The position numbers were made by a program, and so were the translations under genes. From NCBI GenBank assembly GCA_027062625.1, contig JAMOSZ010000101.1, forward strand, positions 2,272-66,271: a stretch of DNA of 64,000 nt. The letters run 5' to 3'. The DNA is from Nautiliaceae bacterium. Lineage in GTDB: Bacteria; Campylobacterota; Campylobacteria; Campylobacterales; Nautiliaceae. Shown here one piece after another: positions 1-9,364 of the stretch (position 1 is its first letter; every line of letters starts with the position of its first letter). The notes beneath the pieces were generated by a model that worked only from the letters and a program-made list of their open reading frames with translations, made no database searches and was not told the origin of the DNA.

Positions 1-2
1 TT

Positions 3-527
3 AAATTTGCCCTGCCGCTTGCCATATCACTTGCTGCTTTCGCACCTGTGGGGGCCATGTATTCAAAACATGTACCCGTTCATGAAGTAAAATGGCTTTT
101 TGCCCTGTTTTTATTTTTTAGTGCAAGTATGATTCTTTTTGGCAAAAAAGAGCAAAAATTTCATTTCACAAAACCATGGATTATGGTATTAATAGGAGCA
201 GTTGTAGGTTTTATAAGCGGACTTCTTGGAATTGGAGGAGGTGCTTTACTTATGCCGGTATTGATTCTTTTGGGATTTGATGCTAAAAAACTGGCTGTTA
301 CTCTTAGTTTTGTAATTCCTTTTTCAACGTTTGCGGCGTTTTTAACGTATATGAGCTTTGTAAAAATAGACTGGATAGTATTAGGAGTTGCGACACTCGG
401 GGCAATAGCCGGAGGATATATCGGGAACTATTTTATGCATTTTAAACTCGAACAGCACCACATCAAAAAAATAATCGGAATACTTTTATATATAATCGCA
501 ATAAAAATGGTAATAGGACTGATTTGA
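3..527 (+). CDS. TSUP (TauE/SafE) family anion-exporter membrane protein, 3' part. The frame is open to the left window edge.
   Basis: Frame 3 has no stop from nt 3. The sequence is hydrophobic and multi-TM, with the glycine-rich GLLGIGGGALLMPVL motif typical of TauE/SafE-type permeases. Confidence 0.7.
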   Translation, partial: KFALPLAISLAAFAPVGAMYSKHVPVHEVKWLFALFLFFSASMILFGKKEQKFHFTKPWIMVLIGAVVGFISGLLGIGGGALLMPVLILLGFDAKKLAVTLSFVIPFSTFAAFLTYMSFVKIDWIVLGVATLGAIAGGYIGNYFMHFKLEQHHIKKIIGILLYIIAIKMVIGLI

Positions 528-695
528 AAGATATAGTAGCCCTCATAATTTCATTTTTAATCACAATGGTAGTTTTAAACCTTATAAAATTTCCCCCATC
601 GCAGGATTTATTGTAGGCTCAATCCTTTGGAGTGTTTTGCATTTTAATTTAAAAAAATTACTATAATATCAAAAAGGCTTATTCAAGGATAAACT

Positions 696-779
696 ATGAA
701 CTTAACCCACACAAACGAAAAACACAATCCCAAAATGGTAGATGTAGGAGATAAGGAAATTATACCAATTCTCATATAG
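696..779 (+). pseudogene. moaC: moaC (cyclic pyranopterin monophosphate synthase) 5' remnant: about 22 native codons, then divergence and a stop
   Basis: ATG at 696 is preceded by AAGGA. The translation MNLTHTNEKHNPKMVDVGDKEIIPILI* matches the conserved MoaC N-terminus (LTH...MVDVgdKe.T) but terminates after 27 codons. Full-length MoaC is several-fold longer. Confidence 0.5.
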
Positions 780-1091
780 GAAAAAAGTTATTTTATGTAC
801 GGATTAGAGTTTTAAAGCTCATTGTTTTTCAATTTTATCTATAATGCAAAAAAAAATAAAAATCGTATTTGATTTTTTTGTATCTGTCATGACTTCAAAT
901 CCCCGTAAATCCATTAATTTAGAAAGGATATTTTAAAAAATGACGACTAGTAAGCAAAAACCCTAAAAAAAGATAAAAATTCAATCTACACAGCCCAAAA
1001 TTTCTTAACAATTAACTATGGCAAAATTTACAATATACTCCTCACATCCTTAAAACACTACAAAAACCTCTCCCCCGATGAAATTAAATCT

Positions 1092-1283
1092 ATGTTAAGA
1101 CAGAATAAAATTATAAAATTTCAAAACCAAGCGTTAATTTATCAATTCTGGGACTACTTTGAAGAGTTTATCAAAAAGTTTAAAGGGGTAAGGGATAAGA
1201 AGTTTTTTTATTATTTAAAAGAAACCGAATTTAGATTTAACAACTTCAAACTCCCTCTTAAAAGATTAATCAACATCTCCTAA
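1092..1283 (+). mobile_element. IS1595-family (ISXO2-like) transposase C-terminal fragment
   Basis: 63-aa ORF. QFWDYFEEFIKKFKGVRDKKFFYYLKETEFRFNN resembles the conserved C-terminus of IS1595-type transposases (IEnFWsyaKrrl.kfnGv.k..F.lhLKEcEFRfNn). No DDE core or zinc ribbon is readable upstream. Confidence 0.5.
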
Positions 1284-2033
1284 ATCGCTTGCAAGATTCT
1301 CAATTGAAGCGGTAATTTCATTAAACTCTTTATCAAGAGTAGAAAGAGAAGTATCTACAAGCATTTTATCAAGGGAAGAGTTAGCATACTTTTCAAGGAA
1401 ATTTACAATATCTTTTGTCTCTTTTGTAAATTCATACTTCTCCCTTGCAATTTTAAGCCTTTTTTCAAACTCCTCTTTCTTCTTTGCCGAATTTCTTTCA
1501 ATAACCTCAATAGCCTCTTTTGCTTTTGTTAGTTTATTTAAGAGATTTTCATACTCTTTTTTTAAATAATCATCTTTTGTATTTCTTAGCTTATCTTCAT
1601 ACTTTGTAATCAAAGCATCCACTTTATTCCTAAGCTTTTTTACATAGTTATTATACTCTTCTAACGCTAAAACATAATTTGAAATTGTTTCAATTGTCCT
1701 TTTTTGTGCCTCTTCAATCAACATCTTCATCTGCTGATTTTTGAGTTTTCTCTCAATCACTGGGTCTAAATTTTTAAGCATCTTTATACCGTAAATCGTT
1801 AAAACAACCGCTACAAACCCAACAATTAATGCAATTGAGCCTGTAATTATCTGATTTGCCACCAAAGAAGCCAAAAACAAAAGTCCAATAACAAGCCCTA
1901 TAAAAACAATATACCTCTTAGTTGTTGATGGCTTTTTAAGCTCTTCAATCTTTTCCTGATACTCTTTTTCAATTTTACTAAGAGAATTCTCTTTTACATT
2001 TTTTATAATTTCTGGCACTACCACATCTTGCAT
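1266..2033 (-). CDS. Hypothetical membrane protein with two central TM helices and a long coiled-coil C-terminal region
   Basis: 255-aa ORF. The hydrophobic pair is IVFIGLVIGLLFLASLV / IALIVGFVAVVLTIYGI, followed by a heptad-like K/E-rich sequence. I recognise no catalytic motif. Confidence 0.55.
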   Translation of the reverse strand: MQDVVVPEIIKNVKENSLSKIEKEYQEKIEELKKPSTTKRYIVFIGLVIGLLFLASLVANQIITGSIALIVGFVAVVLTIYGIKMLKNLDPVIERKLKNQQMKMLIEEAQKRTIETISNYVLALEEYNNYVKKLRNKVDALITKYEDKLRNTKDDYLKKEYENLLNKLTKAKEAIEVIERNSAKKKEEFEKRLKIAREKYEFTKETKDIVNFLEKYANSSLDKMLVDTSLSTLDKEFNEITASIENLASDLGDVD

Positions 2034-2043
2034 AATATCTCCT

Positions 2044-2184
2044 TTAAAACGGTGCCGAGGCTGAGTTTACCTCAGCTGGCACTGAATTTGAACTTGACTC
2101 AATCAAAGAAAGGGCAATTACCCCTATTGTAATAAACCCTACAACCACTAAAATCGCTATCATTATTTTTGTAGACTTACTCAT
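2044..2184 (-). CDS. Small single-TM protein (46 aa), below the ORF-track cut-off
   Basis: My own translation is MSKSTKIMIAILVVVGFITIGVIALSLIESSSNSVPAEVNSASAPF*. The ATG at 2184 overlaps the stop of the upstream gene by 8 nt, and the ORF ends 10 nt before the next gene start. Confidence 0.4.
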   Translation of the reverse strand: MSKSTKIMIAILVVVGFITIGVIALSLIESSSNSVPAEVNSASAPF

Positions 2185-3070
2185 CTTCATCTCCCCAGCC
2201 GTTTACTTTTTGAATAATAGTCCACTTATCACTCACCCCATCATCAATTAAATCATCAATATTTGACCTAATACACTCTTTTAAAGCTTTTAAAGCCTCT
2301 TTTCTCTTTTTGCTTCTATATTTTCTTGAATAAGCCACGCTCATAATGCTTACAGTATTTGCACTAACTGCTTTTCCATTTACAATATAAGTAACTTTTG
2401 CTGGTTTATAAAACATTGCCTTATTTGCAAGTTCAGCCCCATTAAATGATAAAAGCATCCATTTGCCACTATTTAACATCGCCTGAATTCTGCTATCCCC
2501 GCTTCCTGTTACAAAAATAAAAGGTCCGTTTACTTTTGCTTTGCTTGCATCCACAACTTTTAAATTAAGCCCAAGAAAATAAGAAAGTGCCTGAGCTGAG
2601 ATAATCGCTCCCCCTTTTGCATATACTACTTGATTTTTAAGAGAGTAGATTGAGATTGTTTTGTTTTTATTAAAAATATTTTCAAACAAAGATAAAAATC
2701 CGTTTGATTTTGGCTTCCAGCCAATCGGAATTAAGATATGAAGATACTCTGGATAGAGGTAAAAAAGTTTTTGGGTTTTATTTTCAATCTCATTTAGCTG
2801 GTCCCTTTTTTTAAAAAAGGCATAAACATCCTGCTGCACAAACCCGATTGAGTATTTTTTCCTAAGCAGTCCATTTAAATTCTCAACCGACCCGCTCGTT
2901 GGCACATTTATAAGATTATATCCAAATTTATTTTTAATCTCTCTTCCACAAAAATTAACAATATCCTCAGCTACCTGATAATAATTCCCCCCTTTGCCCC
3001 CACTTGCTATTGTTAAATCTTTTTTAGCAAATGAAAAAACTACTAAAAAAATAATTACTAAAAACCTCAT
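2177..3070 (-). CDS. Periplasmic solute-binding protein, TAXI-family-like (orphan, with no adjacent permease)
   Basis: Signal peptide MRFLVIIFLVVFSFA. The ASGGKGGNYYQVAEDI and SGSVENLNGL segments parallel the GTGSVTGVYYPTGGAI / TGGSVYNINAI segments of the bona fide TAXI receptor at 20824-21783. Confidence 0.6.
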   Translation of the reverse strand: MRFLVIIFLVVFSFAKKDLTIASGGKGGNYYQVAEDIVNFCGREIKNKFGYNLINVPTSGSVENLNGLLRKKYSIGFVQQDVYAFFKKRDQLNEIENKTQKLFYLYPEYLHILIPIGWKPKSNGFLSLFENIFNKNKTISIYSLKNQVVYAKGGAIISAQALSYFLGLNLKVVDASKAKVNGPFIFVTGSGDSRIQAMLNSGKWMLLSFNGAELANKAMFYKPAKVTYIVNGKAVSANTVSIMSVAYSRKYRSKKRKEALKALKECIRSNIDDLIDDGVSDKWTIIQKVNGWGDEDE

Positions 3071-3095
3071 TTACACCCCTTTTTTAAAAATTATA

Positions 3096-5234
3096 TCATA
3101 AATTCCACACTCCATAAGCAACCTGTCCAACACTAATTCCCCCATCATTTAAAGGAATTTTTTGATTAAAGTATGGATTTAGGGATTTAATAACTTTACT
3201 CAAAAGAGTTCTGTTTTGAAAAACACCCCCGCCAACAATTACCGGTAAATTATACATTTTTGAAATTTTTATCATCATATCTTCTATTGTATTTATAAAA
3301 ACTGAACTGACTAACTCAAATTCGCCTTTATATCTTGTAGCAAAATTAAAAACCTCACTAAAATCAATCTCTTTATCTACTTTTAAATCTATAAACTCTT
3401 TTATTTTTTCATTATAAAATTTCTCAATCCTAAGCCCGCTGTAACCCTCATACTCGTTTCTTTCAATCATTCCCCCTAAAAAAGCAACCACATCAAAAAC
3501 CCTCCCCATTGACGAAGTCAGAGGAAAAGGAGCGTTTTTTAAACTCTTTACAAGTTTATAATTTGGATAATTTTTTGCCAAACTCTCATCAATCAAACTA
3601 ACAGCTAAATTTGCTGGATTTTTAATTCCTTTCTCTCCACCTATAAGTTTAAAAGGTTTTATGTAATGAAGCCTTTTATAAGAACTTCTATTTACCCAAA
3701 AAACCTCCCCTCCCCAAATACTTCCATCATCCCCATACCCTGTCCCATCAAAAATAAAAGCCAAAAACTCCCCTTTTAAATTATGTTCAAACATCACACT
3801 AAGGGCATGGGCAAAGTGGTGCTGGATTTTTATAACCTCTTTATTTTGAGATAAAGCCCACTTTGTAGATTCATAAAAAGGGTGCTTATCACAGATAATT
3901 ACATCCTCTTCAAATTCATACAACCTTTTAAAGGTTTTGATTGTATTTTTAAAATACTCCACACTATCAATTGTCTCTAAATCTCCAATATGAGGTGATA
4001 AAATCACTCCTCCCTCAAATCCAATAGAAATTGTGCTTTTTTGATTTGCTCCAACTCCTAAAATATTTTTTTTTGAAGAAGTTTTGATACTAAATGGAGC
4101 ATATCCCCTTGCACTTCTTATCGTAACTAACTTATCCAAAGCTACTTCAACTACACTATCATCGCAACTATTAACAATATCTCTATCATTATCTAAAACA
4201 AAATCAAATACTCCATTTAACTTTTCAAAAAGCTCTTTTACATCTTTAATAATAGGCTCACCAGAAACATTTGCACTTGTAGCTACTAATGGAAAATCAA
4301 TAAATTCAAACAAAAGCAAATGCAAAGGAGTATAAGGTAAAAAAACTCCATATCTATCAATCCCATCGGCTATAAATTTTAAAGTTTTTTTTTGCTTTAC
4401 TAAAACAATTGGTTTTTCATAAGAAGTTATAAGCTCCTCTTCTTTTTTAGTTAAAAAACAATATTTTTTTATACTCTCTAAATTTTTAAACATCAAAGCA
4501 AAAGGCTTTGCTCTTTTTTTTCTTATTCTAAGTTCTTTTACGACTTCTTCATTTGTCCCATCACACATCAAATGAAATCCCCCAAGCCCCTTTAATGCAA
4601 CAATTTTACCCTCTTTTAACTTATTTGCAATAAATTTTATCTTTTCAATTTCACTATTAAATTCTATAAGCCCATTCCCAAAAACCCTAAGCTTTGGACC
4701 ACACTCAAAACAACTAATAGGCTCAGCGTGATACCTTCTATCAAGAGGATTTGTATACTCTTGATAACACCTATTACACATTTTAAACTTTTTCATTGAA
4801 GTATTTTTTCTATCATAAGGGATATTTTCAATAATTGTATATCTTGGACCACAATTTGTGCAATTTATAAAAGGATATAAATAACGCCGATTACTTTTAT
4901 CAAACATCTCCTCTATACATTCTTTGCAAATTGATTTATCAGGAGAGATAAAAGTAGTTTTTTTAGTCTCTTTTGAAGAAAGAATTTTAAACTCTTTATA
5001 ACCTACTATGGGTAAAGTCTCCTTTTTGATAGAATCAATTTTTGCTAGGGGAGGTAAATTTTTATAAAGTAAGTCTAAAAAATCATCTTTCCTCTTACCT
5101 TCTATCTCAACAACTACTCCATCTGAACTATTTAAAACAAATCCTCGTAAATTAAGAGAAATAGCAATTTTATAAATAGTAGGTCTAAATCCAACCCCTT
5201 GAACAATACCATTAAAAATGAATCTATATCTCAT
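3096..5234 (-). CDS. hypF: [NiFe]-hydrogenase maturation carbamoyltransferase HypF
   Basis: 712 aa. It has an N-terminal acylphosphatase-like domain (GIVQGVGFRP) and paired CxxC zinc fingers (CKEC..CTNCGPRYT, CNRC..CFECGPK), followed by YrdC-like and Kae1-like regions. This is the HypF architecture. Confidence 0.95.
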   Translation of the reverse strand: MRYRFIFNGIVQGVGFRPTIYKIAISLNLRGFVLNSSDGVVVEIEGKRKDDFLDLLYKNLPPLAKIDSIKKETLPIVGYKEFKILSSKETKKTTFISPDKSICKECIEEMFDKSNRRYLYPFINCTNCGPRYTIIENIPYDRKNTSMKKFKMCNRCYQEYTNPLDRRYHAEPISCFECGPKLRVFGNGLIEFNSEIEKIKFIANKLKEGKIVALKGLGGFHLMCDGTNEEVVKELRIRKKRAKPFALMFKNLESIKKYCFLTKKEEELITSYEKPIVLVKQKKTLKFIADGIDRYGVFLPYTPLHLLLFEFIDFPLVATSANVSGEPIIKDVKELFEKLNGVFDFVLDNDRDIVNSCDDSVVEVALDKLVTIRSARGYAPFSIKTSSKKNILGVGANQKSTISIGFEGGVILSPHIGDLETIDSVEYFKNTIKTFKRLYEFEEDVIICDKHPFYESTKWALSQNKEVIKIQHHFAHALSVMFEHNLKGEFLAFIFDGTGYGDDGSIWGGEVFWVNRSSYKRLHYIKPFKLIGGEKGIKNPANLAVSLIDESLAKNYPNYKLVKSLKNAPFPLTSSMGRVFDVVAFLGGMIERNEYEGYSGLRIEKFYNEKIKEFIDLKVDKEIDFSEVFNFATRYKGEFELVSSVFINTIEDMMIKISKMYNLPVIVGGGVFQNRTLLSKVIKSLNPYFNQKIPLNDGGISVGQVAYGVWNL

Positions 5235-5317
5235 AAGAAGCCTTTAAAAAGGAAAAAAGGAGAAAAAATGAAAAAGCTTTTGCATCAAAATTATAACTCC
5301 CCTACATTAAAATAACA

Positions 5318-6067
5318 TTATTTGCACTTACCTTCATAAACATACGCCCCAGGAGTAATAAAAACTCCTATGCATTTATTACACGCACTATCTTGACACA
5401 ATTTTATCTCTAATGTCTTTTTTAAGAGAGGGCGTTTTTGATAATCAAGAGGATTAATATCTCCACTATCCCCTTTCTCTCCTTCATCTAAAAAAACATT
5501 CCCATAATTATCAAACAAAATTCTAAGAGACGAACTTGAAGAAATAGTCTTTTCCATATCTCCAATTTTATAAGTAATAAGCGCAATGTTATATTTAGAT
5601 AAGTTTAAATCTTCATCCGTACTGGCTCCATTATTTCCAGTCATATATCTATTATTTAATGGACTTTTTGCAAATTCACTACTAGGTCCACCCCTTTTAT
5701 CAAAATTACTAGAAGTACTAGCAGTTGGAGAATCACTAAAAATCTCATACCAGTAATCTCCACTCCTTGTTTTAGCAATCCTAAATTGCCACCACTGCTT
5801 AAACCAATATTTACTTCTATTACACTCCTTTTTTCCTTCATCGCTACTATCACAAATATGATTTGGAAAAGGCTGGTATTTATCATCTTTAAAAGCAAGT
5901 GATTCTGTATATCTTAAATCATTTGCTATCTTATCAGCTGCAAGTTGTAAATTACTGTTAAAAAATTGAAAGTTTAAAGAAGCAGCAAGTATTCCAATGA
6001 TAATAATAACAATTATAAGCTCAATCATTGTAAAAGAAGGCTTAAAAAGCCTTCTGTTTATTTTCAT
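5318..6067 (-). CDS. Prepilin-type N-terminal cleavage/methylation domain protein (type IV pilin / T2SS pseudopilin-like)
   Basis: The internal ATG at 6067 gives MKINRRLFKPSFTMIELIIVIIIIGILAA, a class III signal: basic leader, FTMIE, then a hydrophobic helix. The 28 codons further upstream in the ORF track overlap aclA and are unlikely to be translated. Confidence 0.75.
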   Translation of the reverse strand: MKINRRLFKPSFTMIELIIVIIIIGILAASLNFQFFNSNLQLAADKIANDLRYTESLAFKDDKYQPFPNHICDSSDEGKKECNRSKYWFKQWWQFRIAKTRSGDYWYEIFSDSPTASTSSNFDKRGGPSSEFAKSPLNNRYMTGNNGASTDEDLNLSKYNIALITYKIGDMEKTISSSSSLRILFDNYGNVFLDEGEKGDSGDINPLDYQKRPLLKKTLEIKLCQDSACNKCIGVFITPGAYVYEGKCK

Positions 6068-6068
6068 T

Positions 6069-7916
6069 TTATAACTCCTCAGCCTTTTCAACTTGATATA
6101 AAATATCATCCCACGGATGTCTATACATTGGCATTCCAAGTCTTTTTTCATCTAAGATATGACCTATAAATCCAATACTTCTTCCAAGGATAAAGAATGC
6201 ATTTAATGCCCCGCTTTCAATAAATTCATTTATTTCTTTCTCAGTATACCCTAAAACTCTCCACATGTCAACCATCAAAATACCGATTGTCCCGTCAACG
6301 TTTAGAATTAAGTTTTCTTTTTTTGAAGTTGTAACTTTTTCTACTTCAAGCGCATAATCAAGAAGTGGAGTTGCTGGGAAAAATTCTTTTGCATATTTTT
6401 TAAGTCCTTCAACCCTCTTATCAGGGTTTCTGACCGATTTAATTCTATGCCCAATTCCAGGAATTGGAATACCTTGTTTTTTCATATAGTTAACAAACTC
6501 TACTGGACTCATTCCTTTATCATAAGCATACTTAAAGTATTTAGCCGCACCATCAATTGCCCCACCAAATCTTGGTCCGATTGTAAGAAGTCCAGTTACC
6601 AAACTCTCAACCACACTTTTTCCAGCTCTTGCTGTAACTTTTGCATTATGAGCTCCACTAACTGCTGGTCCGTGGTCTGCAACCGTTTTAATAACAGTTT
6701 CAATAAAATCAGTTGCCCATTTTGGATATCTTTTCTTAAACCAAAGAAGTGTAATAACATCACCAATACTATATCCAGTATCAGGAGTTGCAACAGCACT
6801 AATTGGAATTCCAGCATATACTGCTTCTTCTCCTCTATCATCTGAAATTGTACATACAAAGTTTCTTGGTTTTCTAATTTTCCCAGCTGCAAGTGCTTTT
6901 GAATAATCTTCTGGAATTGGCGGAACTTCTGGTTCTTCAATATCTTTAATAACACCCTCACCTTTTAATTGCTCATAAACTCCTCTAATTACATGAGGCA
7001 AGTCATTAAAGTTATCTGGTACATGAATTCCAGCTTCTTTCATAGCTCTATTTTTAGCCTCAGCTGTCTCTTCATCAGCATTTGCACTTGCTCCCGCATG
7101 TCCAAATTGCACGCCACTATCAAAATGTTTAGCAATTGTACCAATACACCATCCAATTACTGGTTTTGTAATTTTTCCTTCTTTAATTGCTTCAATTACT
7201 TTATACTCTTCTCTACCACCAACTTCTCCAAGAAGTATCATATATTTAACTTGTGGATTTTTCTCCATTCTAAGCATATGGTCAATAAAAGTTGAGCCTA
7301 CAAATCTATCACCACCAATCGCAACTCCCTCAGCAATTCCATCAGCATTTAGTGCAATAATATTGCTAAGCTCATTGAAAAGTCCTCCACTTCTTGTTAC
7401 AAGTCCAGCACTTCCAGGTCTATGGAGTTTTGATTTTACAATATTTTCAATTGTCCCACCAATATTTGCAACTTTAAACGCACCAGGAGTAATAGCACCA
7501 ACAGTTGCAGGACCAATAATTGTAACTCCTTTTTTTCTAGCTTTTTTATTCATAAGTCTTGCAAGTCTCTCAGGTATCCCCTCAGCAGTAATCATAATTA
7601 CTCTAAATTGGTCCATATCCAAAGCTTCATTTGTTACATCATAAGCCGTTCTAAATGAAGCAAAGTTAAGTAAAACATCAGCATTTGGATGATTTTTTAC
7701 TGCCTCAGCCGTGCTTTTATAAATTGGAATCATAACTTCATCAGTACCAAAGAAAAACTTCTCAAATTTAGCTGAGCTTGTTGGAGCAACAATAGCCGCT
7801 ACTGATGGTTTTTCTCTTTTAATTACATAATCATAATCAAGCATTCTCTGAATTGCTGATTTATTGTTATTCCAAAAAATTGCTTGTGTGTCTCTTGTAA
7901 ATAGTGCATTACTCAT
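6069..7916 (-). CDS. aclA: ATP-citrate lyase alpha subunit
   Basis: 615 aa. A succinyl-CoA-synthetase-alpha-like CoA-ligase domain is followed by a citrate-synthase-like C-terminal domain (GIGHRIKSVRNPD). The start overlaps the aclB stop. Confidence 0.95.
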   Translation of the reverse strand: MSNALFTRDTQAIFWNNNKSAIQRMLDYDYVIKREKPSVAAIVAPTSSAKFEKFFFGTDEVMIPIYKSTAEAVKNHPNADVLLNFASFRTAYDVTNEALDMDQFRVIMITAEGIPERLARLMNKKARKKGVTIIGPATVGAITPGAFKVANIGGTIENIVKSKLHRPGSAGLVTRSGGLFNELSNIIALNADGIAEGVAIGGDRFVGSTFIDHMLRMEKNPQVKYMILLGEVGGREEYKVIEAIKEGKITKPVIGWCIGTIAKHFDSGVQFGHAGASANADEETAEAKNRAMKEAGIHVPDNFNDLPHVIRGVYEQLKGEGVIKDIEEPEVPPIPEDYSKALAAGKIRKPRNFVCTISDDRGEEAVYAGIPISAVATPDTGYSIGDVITLLWFKKRYPKWATDFIETVIKTVADHGPAVSGAHNAKVTARAGKSVVESLVTGLLTIGPRFGGAIDGAAKYFKYAYDKGMSPVEFVNYMKKQGIPIPGIGHRIKSVRNPDKRVEGLKKYAKEFFPATPLLDYALEVEKVTTSKKENLILNVDGTIGILMVDMWRVLGYTEKEINEFIESGALNAFFILGRSIGFIGHILDEKRLGMPMYRHPWDDILYQVEKAEEL

Positions 7917-9280
7917 TATTTCGCTCCTTTTTTGTCATCTTCAAGTGCAATTCTAACAATATCAGTAATATGAGTTTCTGGTCCGTATACTTTAATTGGA
8001 AGCCCAAGTCTTTCTGCTGCTTCTTTTATATCCTTCAAACCTTTTTCATAGTTTGGACCACCGCGTCTAACATAGATTCTAACTCCAACATCTTTCATTC
8101 TATCAGCATATTTTTCAAACGCTTGAATAATTCCTTTAAATGTTTTAGCAACATCTGTAAAGTTTGCAATAGCACCACCAATAATTAAAATTTTATCTCT
8201 ACCTTGTGGGTCTTTTTCTCTTGTCATTAAATCAAGCACTGTTTCAGTATAAAATCTTGTCTCATCAGTTGTAGGACCACCTGAATACTCTCCATAGTTT
8301 GCCAAATCTTCCACTCCACCTGCTAAATCAGCAATAGTATCAGCATATACAACACTAGCACCACCACCTGCTACAAGTGTCCAGATTCTACCTTTTGGAT
8401 TAAGAACTGTAAGTTTTAATGAAGCACCGCTTTTTGCATCAGCTTCTGCAATTGCTTTTTCCTCTTTTGATTTTTCTGGCATACCAAATGGTGTTGGAAA
8501 TTCAATATCTCCCCATTTTTCTTTCATCAAAAATCCAGCCGTATCATCAAGTCTTGCAACTAAATCAAGAAGATATACTTTATCATCCTTAATTACAACT
8601 GGATTAATTTCAAGGTATGCAAAGTTTAAGTCTCTAAAAAATTTATAAAAATTGATTGCAAAATTTGCATATACATCTTTTTTATCTTCTGGAATATCTG
8701 CTGGAATATTTTCTTTAATTAATTTTTCAATCTCTTCATCACTTGCATCAATTGGAATTTTAACCTCAGTTACTTTATCCCAATTCTCTTCAACTTCCAT
8801 TCCTCCATGAGCTGACATATACAAAACATCATAATTTTCATCCAAACTTGCAGCCGCAATATAATACTCTTCATCCTCACTATGCGGAGTAAAAGGTTCT
8901 ACGATAAAGTAAGTTAAATAATCCTCTTTTGGTTCACCAACTGGTTTATCACCTTCGAATTTTGAGTAAACTTTTACTTTATTTTTTCTTTTTTCATCAA
9001 TCCATTTAGCCGCATCTTCAAGAGTTACATCACCTGGCTTATTAATTTTAAATAAAACTAAGTTATTTTTACCCCTTTTACCAAAAAGCATATCCGGTTT
9101 TGCAACAAGAGGTTTTTGTTTTAGCCACTCATATCCAGGTTCCCCAGCTTTTTTTAAAAGCTCCTCTCCACTTCTTACTAAAACACTCTCAAAAGGATAT
9201 TTTAATCCTTTAAAATAGTTATCCCAATTCTCTGCAAAAAGTCTTTTACCATCATATTCGCGTATTGGTTTTTGAGCCAT
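7916..9280 (-). CDS. aclB: ATP-citrate lyase beta subunit
   Basis: 454 aa. It begins MAQKPIREYDGKRL, typical of AclB, has an ATP-grasp / SCS-beta-like fold, and lies directly upstream of aclA. Confidence 0.95.
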   Translation of the reverse strand: MAQKPIREYDGKRLFAENWDNYFKGLKYPFESVLVRSGEELLKKAGEPGYEWLKQKPLVAKPDMLFGKRGKNNLVLFKINKPGDVTLEDAAKWIDEKRKNKVKVYSKFEGDKPVGEPKEDYLTYFIVEPFTPHSEDEEYYIAAASLDENYDVLYMSAHGGMEVEENWDKVTEVKIPIDASDEEIEKLIKENIPADIPEDKKDVYANFAINFYKFFRDLNFAYLEINPVVIKDDKVYLLDLVARLDDTAGFLMKEKWGDIEFPTPFGMPEKSKEEKAIAEADAKSGASLKLTVLNPKGRIWTLVAGGGASVVYADTIADLAGGVEDLANYGEYSGGPTTDETRFYTETVLDLMTREKDPQGRDKILIIGGAIANFTDVAKTFKGIIQAFEKYADRMKDVGVRIYVRRGGPNYEKGLKDIKEAAERLGLPIKVYGPETHITDIVRIALEDDKKGAK

Positions 9281-9364
9281 TAATACTCCTTGAATTTTGT
9301 TTTAGAAATTTTAACATTTATTCAAAAAGATAGAAAAGAAAAACTTTTAATAAAGCTCTTTTTT

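Noticed and set aside
524-660. Possible small two-TM ORF split by a frameshift at a C5 run. A TTG at 524 overlaps the TSUP stop; the peptide ...LIKFPP shifts frame to IAGFIVGSILWSVLHFNLKKLL.
   Set aside because: It needs a non-ATG start and a frameshift at a very short homopolymer. No homology is recognised. It may simply be decayed sequence next to the moaC/IS scar.
5268-5315. 15-codon plus-strand ORF (MKKLLHQNYNSPTLK) with an AGGAG RBS between the pilin-like gene and hypF
   Set aside because: It is too short and featureless. The same bases carry the probable hypF promoter (TATAAT) on the other strand.
6447-8188. Several 90-130-aa ORFs on the plus strand, and one on the minus strand in another frame, inside aclA/aclB (6447-6845, 6596-6961, 6969-7295, 7363-7644, 7904-8188)
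   Set aside because: They lie entirely within the strongly supported aclA/aclB frames. Their translations are low-complexity (S/N/F/I-rich) with no motifs. They are shadow ORFs typical of AT-rich DNA.
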